This document shows, piece by piece, positions 36,540 through 47,490 of a stretch of DNA of 64,000 bases (position 1 is its first letter; each line of letters begins with the position of its first letter). Source of the stretch: Raillietiella orientalis (taxonomy: Eukaryota); NCBI GenBank assembly GCA_036172245.1, contig JAYWIR010000047.1, forward strand, positions 1,116,001-1,180,000, read 5' to 3'. Both the position numbers and the translations under genes were made by a program. The notes beneath the pieces were generated by a model that did no database searches, was not told the DNA's origin, and was given only the letters and a program-made list of their open reading frames with translations.

Positions 36540-36760
36540 AGCTGTGCGACAGGCACCGGAGGAAGAGACCGCGCTCCCGAGAGTCGTTGCCTGGGAGACA
36601 GCGAGAGTCCCTCGCGATCTCCAGTCGAAGGGCTCCTCGCGAGATCAGGACGGAGCCCTCTGCGAGCCCCCAGGGGGAGAACTGGGACTCCTAGCTCCCT
36701 CTCGGATCGTCCTCAGGCTACTGCGCCACCTCGTCTGGCAGCAGCGAGCCTTCCCGCCTC
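36540..36760 (+). mobile_element. LINE ORF2 remnant (post-RT GGLG region) of a more distant L1 family
   Basis: ALCEPPGGELGLLAPSRIVLRLLRHLVWQ matches the L1-clade LCxPxxxGGLG...LL.K.IW pattern. Confidence 0.5.
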
Positions 36761-39700
36761 TCCTACCCCCAAGACCCGACAGACGTGAAGCGGTCAAAGC
36801 GAAAGGAGGTCGCACGGTGACACCACTATCAGAGTCAGCTGCCCCCTTCCCCCTTGCTTCCTCTTCCCGGCAGCGATCCCGCACGTGGGGATCCTTACCC
36901 CCCTCCCCCACCCCCACCTCTCTTCCGGTCAGCTCCTCCTCGCGCCACTTCGCTAGGCGGCCGTCCTGCGGGAGGTAGCGGTCAGCGCGCCTCCGACTCC
37001 TGGAACGCCACATCCCTCCGGCATCCCTGACGTGCGGACGGATCGAGGATCGCGGCCGCGCTGACCGGTACCACTAGCAAGAGGAAGTCAGTTTTGGAAG
37101 GAGCCTCCAGGAGCCCGCCTGTCGCTCAGGGCTCCGGGAAGGGTCCCTCAGCCTCCCACCTTCCTTTTCGTCCCTTCCTCCTGACCCGCGGACTCCCTGG
37201 CGCCACCTGATGGCTCCGGGGAGAAGAGCATCCGGCGTCTTAGGAGCGCTGGCGGAGCGGGGGCCACCTGGTGGTCTCCCGAGGCCGGCGCACGCGCCAA
37301 GAGGACCTGTGCGCACTCCCCGAGTGCAGGGAGGTCCCTCCCTTCCTTCCCGCCCCCCACGAGAGAGTCGCGACCGCAGCTTTACAGGGGAAGGGGGGGA
37401 GAGGCAGCGGCAGTTGCCAGAGCAGCCGCAGCTGCTCGGCTCGAGTAGCCGAGACCGGGGTGAGCTCACAGCGGACGGGTGCACCACCCCCTGGCGGGAA
37501 CCTCGGGTAGAAGCCCTCGTAGCGTCTGATCTTCCTCCCTTCTCAGCGCGGCCCGACACGCGTGGGGTGGGTGGGCGTTCTCCCTTTGCCACCAGCACGC
37601 CTCGTGGCTCCCGAGCGAGGAGGGGTCGGGGAGAATGAGGAAAAGGGGAGATCCAGGGGTGGGTGAACCACGTCGGAAAGTCAAACCGGCACGTTCGTTG
37701 AACCCGGAGTGGAGGAGAGTGCGCGCGGGGAGGGGGAGGGAAAACCTAAATAAGCCGTCTCGGGAATCGCCTCTAGGGGTCCCTGGCGGGAAGACTTCAG
37801 GAACAGATGAGGGGAGCGGTGGGACCGAGGAGCCAGAGCTGCGCTGCCAATCGTACCCGTGAAGATCCGCGCAGCGAAAGCGCCCACGTGGACGGGAGCA
37901 CTTCCGGATATGGGGGCCGCTCCCCTCTCCTTCCCCAGGGCGCGCCCCGCGCGAACGCAGGGGACCTCGTCTTTCCGCACTCGAGGGGAAGCGTATGGGA
38001 AGCGAAGAGGTCGGGAGCCGGGAGCGAAGACTCCTCCGTGAAGGCACTCACTGGAACGGGCCAGGGAGGGAGGGGAAGGGGGGGACAGTACATTCGTTTG
38101 ACCCTGAGGGAGGAAGGGTGGAGGGAGGGGAAATCCACGGGACTCTTCGGGAGCGCCCAGGCACCGGTGCAACCCGGGAGGTGAGGACCAGCTAGAACGA
38201 TACGTTGGCGGCCCCCACGTGCGAGGACACGTCCGTCGAGTCCGAGAGGATCGACGTCCATAGAGACGGAGGTGGAGAGAGAGAGAGGGCTCGCGCGCGC
38301 ATCATGCGAACCGAGGCGGGAAAGCGCACCGGCGAAACTCGGCACGGAGGGAGCGAAGAGTCCAGCTGGAGAGGAGGCTGCCGATGCGCTCACTGGTCTC
38401 GACGGCGACAGGAAGCCGACGGTTCGTACGTTCGGGAAGATGCCAGCCGGCACGGGGGAGCCTCGAGCTCATGGGCATCTCCACGGCGGCCCGGACGGGA
38501 AGATCAAGCTGGCCGAGGATCTGTGCAACGACGGCCCCGGCCGGCTGGACCCGGAAGGGGGGAGGAATGAGGGATGCTTTCATCATCCAAAGCCGAGGGA
38601 AGGCTCCCAAAGTAGGCAGAGGAGGCGAACAGTCAGATCTTCCTGCGCGCTCCTCCTTCCTCCTCCTCCTCCCCCTGAAAACCGGCGAGCGACGATGGGT
38701 GCTTCCGCAACCCCTCGAACGGGGGTCGCCTCTCGAGCTGGAACAGTGGGGGGACTTACCCCAGGTCATGTGAAGCATGAACGAGCTCCCTGCTGCCACT
38801 CCGCTCCGCTCGCCTTGCTCGAAAGGGGTGGGGTGGGGTCCGACGAACGCAACTGCCGAGCGGGAAGGGAAGCTCGAGGCGGCGGCGCTCGCCACACGGA
38901 GCCGCCGCGAGCGGTGGTGGACGGCAAGCGATAAAGAAACCCCGCGGCAGATTCTTTTGTTGGGCACACGACGAGATGTCTGCCAAGAGTGCACGACGCG
39001 GTCCACCGGCGAAAGCGGGCAGCGAACAAGAACGGTTCTGCTGGAGGCGGCCCGGGCCCTGGAGGCGGATCCTCCACGCAAGCAGCAGCAGCAGCAGCCG
39101 CTTCTTGCAGAGCGAACGGCAGTTGGCGAAAATGAAGATGGGGCGGAGGAAGAAGACCAGCACTCTGGGTCGCTTCCTCGTACAACAGGAAGAGACCATC
39201 GACTTTCACATCTGCTCTTCCACATCGCCGTGGTGCACAGCACCGTGTGCTGCCCACCTGACTGCTTCCAGAAGGACGAGAGGAAGAAGAAGAGGAAGGA
39301 AGAGAGGAAGAGACAGAAGAAAAAGAGGAAGAGGAATAGGGAGGAGGGGAAGAAAGGACACCTGCTGAGCTCATGAAGCCAATGGAGAAGAGGATAGGGA
39401 AGCCACCAGGAGGGTCGAACGAGCAGTTTACGCTGACTGGAACCAGGACCGAACCGATATGAAGAATCGATCTAAGGAACGGCGTGCAGCCGAACTCACC
39501 CTTTCAACCCAAAGGAAAGGCCGCAAGAAGTGCGTTTCATGGCGGGGAACCCCTCCGAACGGCAAGCATTGCAGCAGGCTGAGCTGCAAGGAAACGTGTA
39601 GCCGGAAGAGGCGCCGTTCGGTGGAGACATCGAGCGGAACGCGTGCAACCCAAACGTTCATCTCCTCCCGAACTCACAGCATTCGGCGAGCAGATAAATC

Positions 39701-41158
39701 GGGGACGAAGAGGGGGGGGGAAGGAGAAAAGTGCTCAGGGAACGCACGTGCCGAGCTCAGAACGGTAGGACTGCAGCGGGCGCGTTCCTGGAGCCCTAAA
39801 TAGAATACAGCATGCAGAGAGCGCGCTCATGGGATCGACAAGAAGACATGCTCGACGGGCGACGGCGACAACTCGACCAACTCAACTGCGCCCGATCCCC
39901 GAATTCGAGGATCAGGCGCGGTAAGAAGGCGCACGAAAGCGTGAGGAGAGTCCCGACAGCAGGGGATACATCCGTCCAGCACCGGATCGCGCGCACTCGG
40001 GATGCCTCGCGGGCGTCTGCGGCGATGCGAAGGCTGCGAAGGGTGCAGCGGCTGGGCGCGGACTCGTGAGCGCTCGAGAGATGCCGCTGCCGCGAGCCTT
40101 GAGGAACGGAGAGGGGCGTCAGCGAGGGAGGCAGCGGAGGACCGATCGGTGCAAGAAGCGCTCCTGCAGCCTCACCCTACCTCCGCCTCCCTGTCCCGGA
40201 AGAGGAACGCTGCGTGACTCTGGGCGCGACGAGAAGAGGAATCCGCTCGGATGAGCCCGTCGGCTCCGAACAGAGGGCCGCGCGCCATCAATGGACCCGT
40301 CGACCGAGGGCTTCAGATGAAGGCGCCGGCCCGCCGTCGGCTGATCGGCGCTGGACCGTGCGCCCCAAGGGGAACCGGAAGAGCAGAAGGACGATCGGCT
40401 TGAGGAACGCCGCCGTCCGAGCCGGGCGTGACCGCCCGGGCAGGGAGCGGGAGCCACCCCGAGAAACGGGAAGAGGAAGCTCAGGTAGCCGAGCCGCGCC
40501 CACCCGCCGCGTGCGACTGCGAACAGCAGGGTCACGCGGAGTCCCGGAGCAGGCGCGATTAGGAGGACCTGCCGGAAGTGGAGGCCTGGAGACGAAGGAT
40601 CTGACGTGGTAAGTCGCCGCGACCTCACGTCTGCAGCAGGAGGGAGGAGTCTGCTGGGTGGGACGGGGAGGAAAAGCCGCGCAAAGAGCACCCCGAGGAC
40701 GGGAAGGCCTTCCGGCGGCGACCTCCGCCTCCGCCGGATGTCAGGCCGAGGTCAGCTGGCGCGTGCCGACCTGGAAAGATAAAACACCCCCACCCCATGC
40801 TGCGCGCGCAACGGGGTCGAATCGATGCCCCACCCGATGATGCACCTGCACCGGACACCCACCACCGGTGCGGAGCGCGCAGCGGATGACGCGCTCCGAG
40901 AACGCCTGCTGCGGGGACGAGAATGGCGTCGCCATCCGGAAGGCGACCCTGGGGAAGCATCCGGGGCCAGGGCGAGCGAAGAGCGAACCCCCGCGTCCTC
41001 GAGGGCCAGACCCGTGCCCACCGGGTGCTCTCCCCGAGGCGGTGCTCGAACGAGGCGAGAAGAGCGGCCGGCGGCTGCGGACACACGGCCCCCGACCCGG
41101 AGGACGGACGGTGCCATCGACCGAAAGCAGGGGAGGGCAGGCACGCGCACGCGCGCAC

Positions 41159-41181
41159 GAGAGAGAGAGAGAGAGAGAGAG
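41159..41181. repeat. (GA)n microsatellite
   Basis: Read directly from the sequence. Confidence 0.9.
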
Positions 41182-41913
41182 GGCGCGGCTGTCTGAAAGA
41201 GAGCGCCCGGCGCCTGCACGTCCGGCACGCGGGGCGGAGCTAAGCTGGTGGAAGCGCCGCGCCGTCGTCGGACGGAGGGACGGAAGGGCAGGGGCCTACA
41301 GCGCAGCGGAACGTGCGCGATTGCGAAGCAGCGCAGGAGAAGAGGGAAGGGGAGCTCACCTTGACGCTCGGGTCTGAGGGGCGGCGACTGTGCGGCGGGC
41401 CTCCTGACACGACCCGGACGGAGGGAACACTTTGATCTTAGCCAAAAGGCCGAGGCGCGCGCGCCCCTCCTTGGCGGCCGGCTGCCTGACGAGGAACGTA
41501 GCCGTCGTCGGGCGACTGGCCGCCCTCCAATAACAGAGAGCGGCAGTCGCCGCTCCTGGTGGGGACATCGGGCAGTACCCATCTACGCCAACGATGGTCC
41601 CACGTCAGGCGTCCCGAAAGCTCTAGAAAACAAAGATGGCGCTAGGATCGTTTCTGGAGGGGTAAGTCTCACTTGCGAGAGCGGGCCACAGGTTGGTACT
41701 CCTCCGCGGCCTCACTCTTCTACTCCACCCACTCCTCTCCTCCTTCCTTCCCGCTTTTGGTTTGCTCCGCCTCCTGAGAGGCAAAAAAGAGGGAAGAAGG
41801 ATCTCTTGGAATTGCCCTGCGGGGTGAACGAAGGTTCCCGAGTATCCCGCTGAAGGACTACTGCGCGCTCCGCATCGAGACGGCAGCCTCAGCCTCCCGA
41901 TGCTATAGGCGGA

Positions 41914-42850
41914 TGGATTTTCCACCCGCGTGCCCCCGGGACGCTCACTCCATTAAAACAAGCATTTGCAACTTTTCGGCAGGGCCGGTGGTCCAACCAG
42001 GTCCATCTCAAAAGCAGTCTGCTGGGTTTGCCGGTGCGCAGACCGGTGAGGTTCGCCTAGGCAGCAGAAGGAAGGAACTTGGGAGGAGTGAGAAAAGGGA
42101 TCACATCCTGCAGGGGGCAGTCCTCTGCATCCTTTCGGGGATGCTGGAAAGATCTCTGCGTGTTCTTCGCGTGGGACTTCTCGTCGCCACCCTCAGGAGG
42201 TGGATGGCAAAGTGGATGTGGCACCCCTATCGCTCCGCCCCCTCTTGCATCGCTCCAAGCGGCTGCAATCCCGCTCAGGGAGCTGCTGGCGAAGCTGCCG
42301 GCCGAGAGGCCTCGTGTGCGAACAAGGGTCTCCGTGCGTGCCTGGGGTTGCCACTCCAGGGACGCTGCCAGAGGAGCGGAAGGCCGTCGGGGAACGTCCC
42401 CACGGCGGTCGCAGGGCAACGCGGTCCGGAATCAGCTGCTGGGGAGGGGATGCACGTTCCCCGCACCTGACACAATTTGGCCCCCCTGCCCCGTGTCCGG
42501 TGATGTATGCGGGCGTTGCACTGGTGCAGCATCAGCAGCGTCGACTGGTGACGCTTCGAGGGAAGGGTGTGGGTGTTCAAGGGCACTGGGAGCCACTGCA
42601 CGTCTTCCTGCGGAATATCCGGCAGCTCGCCTTAGTGCAAAAGTACTCAGGGATGAAGGGGGGGCAAGGGGACACTCGGGGTCGCAGCGTCTGTGAGCTG
42701 GCCGTCGTCCATTAACCCAGTCCTCTTCTCCTGGAGGAGATTTCCACCCAGATCTTCCATCGAGCCGGAGGCGCCGGTTTGGCTGAATGCACGCCACTCG
42801 CGATGCCCCGGGCGTTGCGCAGGCGGCTTCCGTTTCGAGCAGTCCGCAGA
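41914..42850 (-). mobile_element. 5'-truncated degenerate LINE copy D
   Basis: WLPVPLNTHTLPSKRHQSTLLMLHQCNARIHH aligns to copy B WPPVLKESRILPLKWQESALLLLH..CNARRFH. Also LFAHEASRPAAS, LSGIAAAWSDA and QLTDAATPSV, plus the family 3' hairpins at 41915-42068. The 5' boundary is approximate. Confidence 0.85.
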
Positions 42851-42879
42851 CACGGACGGTCCCCTCGAGCTAGATGTGA

Positions 42880-45800
42880 TAGGACTGGTAAGGTGCGGAA
42901 GGAGACAAATGTTCCAACCACGTCCAGGTTGGCAGTGTACCTGCTGGGTTCCAGTCTGTGGACCGGCGAGGTTGTCCTCGGCAGAGAAGGGGAGGGGCAA
43001 AGCAAAAGGAAAAGGAAACACTCTGGAGGGCCAGGAAGAGATTGCTGCCCGCTGGAGGGTGTCCTCTGCATCCGGTCCAGGATCCTGTCCGGCAATTTCC
43101 ACTTGCATGGCGCCCAGGCGGGGCCATCCACAGAAAGCGGAGCGCACCCGATGACGCCGCCTCTCCCATGTGGCCCTCCTTCAGATCCCTCCAGGACCGC
43201 CTCGGTCCCGCGGATGCAACAAAGGGTTGCTGGGACTGTAACTGGCTGCAGGGCGTTCTCCCCGCGTGAAGAGGAGTTTCACAAGATCCCTGGGGTTGCC
43301 AACCGGGGTCATCCCAAGACGTTCCGATAGGGCCCGAAGGGAAACGCAGCCCACGAGCAGATACAGGAGGGATTTCCGTTCCCGCACTTGCGACGGTCCC
43401 GACTCGCTCTCCCCAGCGTCCAATGGCGTCAGCGGAGTTTCAGGGAAGACCCCAGTGCAACAGAAGAAGTGCCAACCCCGCGCCACTTCAAGGGGAGGGA
43501 GCTGCTGTCCACTTAACGGAGACCTGAAGAGTTCTTCAGGTCTCCGTTAAGGATACTGAGCAGCTCGCCCCAGCGTCCAAGTCCATGTGGAAGGGTATTC
43601 GGGGTCGCAAGGTCGGTCAGCTGCCCCGCGGTCCAACTTCTTGTGCTCCTCCTCCTGCGATCTCGCAGGGGGCTTCCCACCTCGCCGGCAGGCTGCTGCT
43701 ATTCTCCTCCCTTAGGGAGGGCAGAATTGAGGCAAGGGAAAAGGGGGTCAGCTCCTCCCACGCGCTCATTCTGGGACTCTCCGGGATATTACTCAGCGAG
43801 CAGAGGGCACAGATTCCGAGTCTCAGGCGGTTCCACGTCTCCCTCAGCTTCGCCCCAACTGCTTTTTATAGCCGAGAGCTGCAGTTGGCAGGGCAGCAGG
43901 ACGTCCAGCCGTCCTGCCACCGCGCTAGGGTGGCCAATCGCCCGAGGAGAAATCCGCACTTTCCCCTCCTTTCGGCCGCGGCACGAAGTATGGGACGAAG
44001 GTACTGCGGTTTGGGCTGCACGGCTGGCGAGGGTGCGTGCGAGGAGAGCGCCAGGGGGCGCTCCAGCTCTTGGCTGCGATGGCCAGCGATCCCCAGCGCA
44101 GCTGGACCTTAATCCGCTCACGACGACCAGCCGGATCTCCGGACGCCCTGCCAACGGGCAGTGTCTGGTGCCTCCGCTACAGAGGGAACATCCCGCCAGT
44201 CTGGAGAGAACGACGAGGGGAGTGCCTCCTGGTAGGATGCTCCGGAGTAGCGTCTGAACATGCGGAGACCTTCCTCTCCTTCCTTTCCCCCCTCTCCCCG
44301 CGAGACTCGCCTGCGCCCGTGAGGAGGACCTCCCGCTGCACTCGGGTGCGTTGGTTCGTCGGCTCTGGCCAGCGTCCAGAGGAGAGAACCACAGGGAAAG
44401 GACGAGAACCTACGGGGCGAGCGCCGTGGTCCGGCAATCCTGATCGGAACGCGAGACTTCATCTTTCCCCGGGGTTCGAACCGTTTCACATGTTTCCTCC
44501 GGCAGGTTCCCGCTGCCATGAGGGCGGGCGGGCAGGAACCTCTAAGGGCAGACGAGGAACGCGTGCCCCGCCCTGGACCCCATCTCGCCTCGGCGGGAGG
44601 AGAGGGGAGAGGATAGTTTCACCCTCTGGCAGGATGCCACGTGGGTATTAAGCCGTAGACCGGGTGCGTTGCCAGAGGTGGACAGGAGAGAGGCCGGCGC
44701 GCTGCCTGACTCGAGAGCACCTCGTGCTCCATTCCGTGGCGCGCGCGCGTGGTCTGCCCCGTGAACAAAGCATGCCGCTCAGTACATCAGTGGGGCCTCG
44801 CGGAGAGCGGTGAAGAGCTCCAGCCGGGCCTTCGAGATGCGAAAGCTGCGATTTTCCTTTCCCCCTTCCTGCGTCCAGGGTTGGGGGGGGAGAGGGAGAG
44901 GGGAAATGGCTGTGGCAACGACTATCTTCCAGCGAGTGGGACGAGGAGAAATTTTCATCCCGGGAGGAAAAAAAAGGGTGAGGTGGAAGGGGGGGGGGAT
45001 GAATGTGCAGGAGAGGGAGCGAGTTTCCCCAGTTTCGGATCCGACCATCTCCTTCCCCTCCATGTCCCGGTTTACCCTCTTTCCGGCGCATCCCACTGCT
45101 ACCACCGCCGCTTCCTCAACTCCAGCCGAGTCCCCCGTTCCTTCGTCTTCGGGACGGGTAATTGCAGGTGCACAGGAAATTCCTCTTCCACGCCCGGGGT
45201 GCACTACTCGATCTTCCTTGACGTCTCTACTAGAGCTGGTATGGCCTTCAGAACTCCTGCTGGACGGTCAACCCGTCCGCAGGGTCTGTCCACTCAACAG
45301 GTCAGGGGTTACTGCCCTGCCATACACGTCGCGATCCTCTCCTTCCTCCGGCGCTTTCTTCTTCCGCTGAGGATGGAGTGCACGCGTTCCCCCGCACCAC
45401 CTTCCTGCTAGGTCCGCTCCTCTCGGGCAGTCGCTGCAGGAGCATCCTCGGTCCAGTAGCTCCTCTCCTGTTCGCTCCGAAACGCTCCTTGCACCCAGGG
45501 GTCTATTCTCGGCGTCCCTGCCCGCGACGCGCTTCCTCTGGGAGGCTCTCGCGGTTACGATCCGAAAAGGGAGGCTCCGGGATAGCCCAACAGGTACCCG
45601 CAGGTTTCCTTGTGAGCAGAATCCTCCCCCTCCCCCTCATTCCTTCGAAAGTCCCACGGGTGTCCTTCCGAGAAATTCCTCATTCCCGCCCGCTTCCCAT
45701 GTGCGCAAGGAATGAGCTCCGGCTCTCTGGAGGCGTTCCAGTCGCGTCTTTGCTACGACAGCCTCTCAGGGCAACAATGCCTGGAGTTTCCGAAGAAAGT

Positions 45801-47490
45801 AATTCACAATGGACTGCATCAACCACATCCGCAATAACAATGGTTTTGCTTTCGACAATGCCAGGGCAACAATGGCTTTTTCCACGGATCTTTCGGCGAC
45901 AGAGGCTTCCTGGGGAACCTGCCACAGCGTCGGGGTCTTTCCTTAGGGATTCGCCAGTCGCGGATGTGCGGCCTCTGTTGCTCCCGGAAGCCCCACTGCT
46001 TGGACGGGGCGGCGGACCGACCATCCCTTCGCCGCATCCAAACGCGGCGAACTCGCTTTCCTTCCGAGGGTCGTGCTGCCAATGGCAACTCCTTCCTCTG
46101 CACGCGTGCCACACCTGGCACCATCTCGCCGTTTCGGGCTGTGTGGCTCATGTCCTCGGATCTTGCTCCGCGTGCCTGAACCCGAGCGACCGGGTCTCTC
46201 CGAGGACGCCTGGGAGACGCGGAAGGGATTCTTCCGGGAGATCTGCTGAACGCAGAGCGGAAGCGCACGCACCCCTCGGCCTCGGGCCGATCCCACGCGA
46301 GGGATCGCGAAGAGGAGGATTCGTCCGCGCTCGAGGGTGACTCTCGCCATCGAGTGGAGAGCGACTCAGCCGCTCCATTGGGTGGAGCCCTCGTGACAGA
46401 GAGCACGCCCTCTTCCTCCTCCGACGACGACGACGAAGAGACCGGCTCTGATGCTGAGGTTCAGCGACTCCTAAACCATTTCTTTTTTTTTCTTCTTCCA
46501 GTTTCCATCGACGGAGGCTGATGAGGCGTCGAAGGGAGGGAGAGGGCTGGCTTTCAGCAGTTGCTCCAGCTGGTTTCTTCCCCTGCCAGTAGGACCACTC
46601 AGGATGCTGGGATTCATTTCCCGGTCTGCAAGATGAACGATCGACTCACTTCGGTTCCGATCTCCCCACCCCAGGAAGGCGCAGCCGCTCGCTTTATTCC
46701 CTCGATCTCTCCGTCCTGCTCTCCCCCAGAGGGCACGATGCTTCTTCCTACCCACCGGAGGTGCGACCGCGATGGCAGGGGAGTCGTGGCAAAGATGATG
46801 GTTCCTCTGTCCCGCGGGGCGAGGTGAGACATCCTTCGCCCCCTGGCAGGAAGGCAGCGTTTCGGGGTCGTCCCAGAGCGGACTGGCTGAGTGCCTGCTG
46901 TCTCCTTCCTTGGGCAGGGCGGCTGCGCAACTGCCATGACTAGAGTGCGTAGACATGAACCAAAGAGCAGCTGCTCTTCGGACTTCTTGAGATGGAAGCA
47001 GGAAGAGGGTGGATGGGGCCCTCTTACAACCCCCGAAACGTCCCCGCACGTTACCATGCCGCTTGCCACCTGTCGTGCGCCCTTCTCCCGCTCACTCGGG
47101 GCGCCCGAACGATCTGCCATGACGACGACCTCGGGACCCCTCCCCGGACTCTTCCAATGACGCTCCCAACGAGTTATGCAGCACTCCCTCCGATTGGTCC
47201 ATCTGCAAGAGGGGTCCCCCGTATGTCCCTCGGGGTGCGACCTGCTGAAAGGAAAGGGGATCCGCCAGGCAGAGCGCGCGAGCCCTCTGCAACGCGAGCG
47301 TGCCCGCCTTGAGAGGAATAGGAAGCGGAGAAGGAGAAGGAGGACGGTGACCCCTTTCTCTGGAAGTGCTCGAGGACAAGACCGCGCCACCGGTACGACC
47401 TTGCCTCCCTCGTGGGTCCGTGAGATCCCCACACACTTCCGGGTACTTCCGGGTCGCCCTTTTGGGGCGTCGCGACGTGTCCAAGTCATT
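42880..47490 (-). mobile_element. Long, heavily degenerate LINE copy C, probably spanning endonuclease-RT-zf
   Basis: The 3' half is clear: 3'UTR hairpin at 42940-42985; zf region at 43130-43600 (RERKSLLYLLVGC, GNPRDLVKLLF); KVQLRWGSLAIAAKSWSAPW at ~44050-44110 (copy B: KIQLRWRTLAIAAKMWSTPW). The 5' half is weaker: RT2-3-like CCPG..IVIADVVDAVH..PGIVAL at ~45770-45875, and endonuclease-like SRTH, KGVTVLL (~47345), MVTCGDVS (~47040). It may be more than one element. Confidence 0.6.

Noticed and set aside
35686..36978. 430-aa plus-strand ORF as a host gene
   Set aside because: Low-complexity composition; the only recognisable part is a short LINE GGLG-type motif.
38480..38525. GPDGKIKLAED as a protein kinase subdomain VII
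   Set aside because: No DFG, HRD or other kinase motifs nearby.
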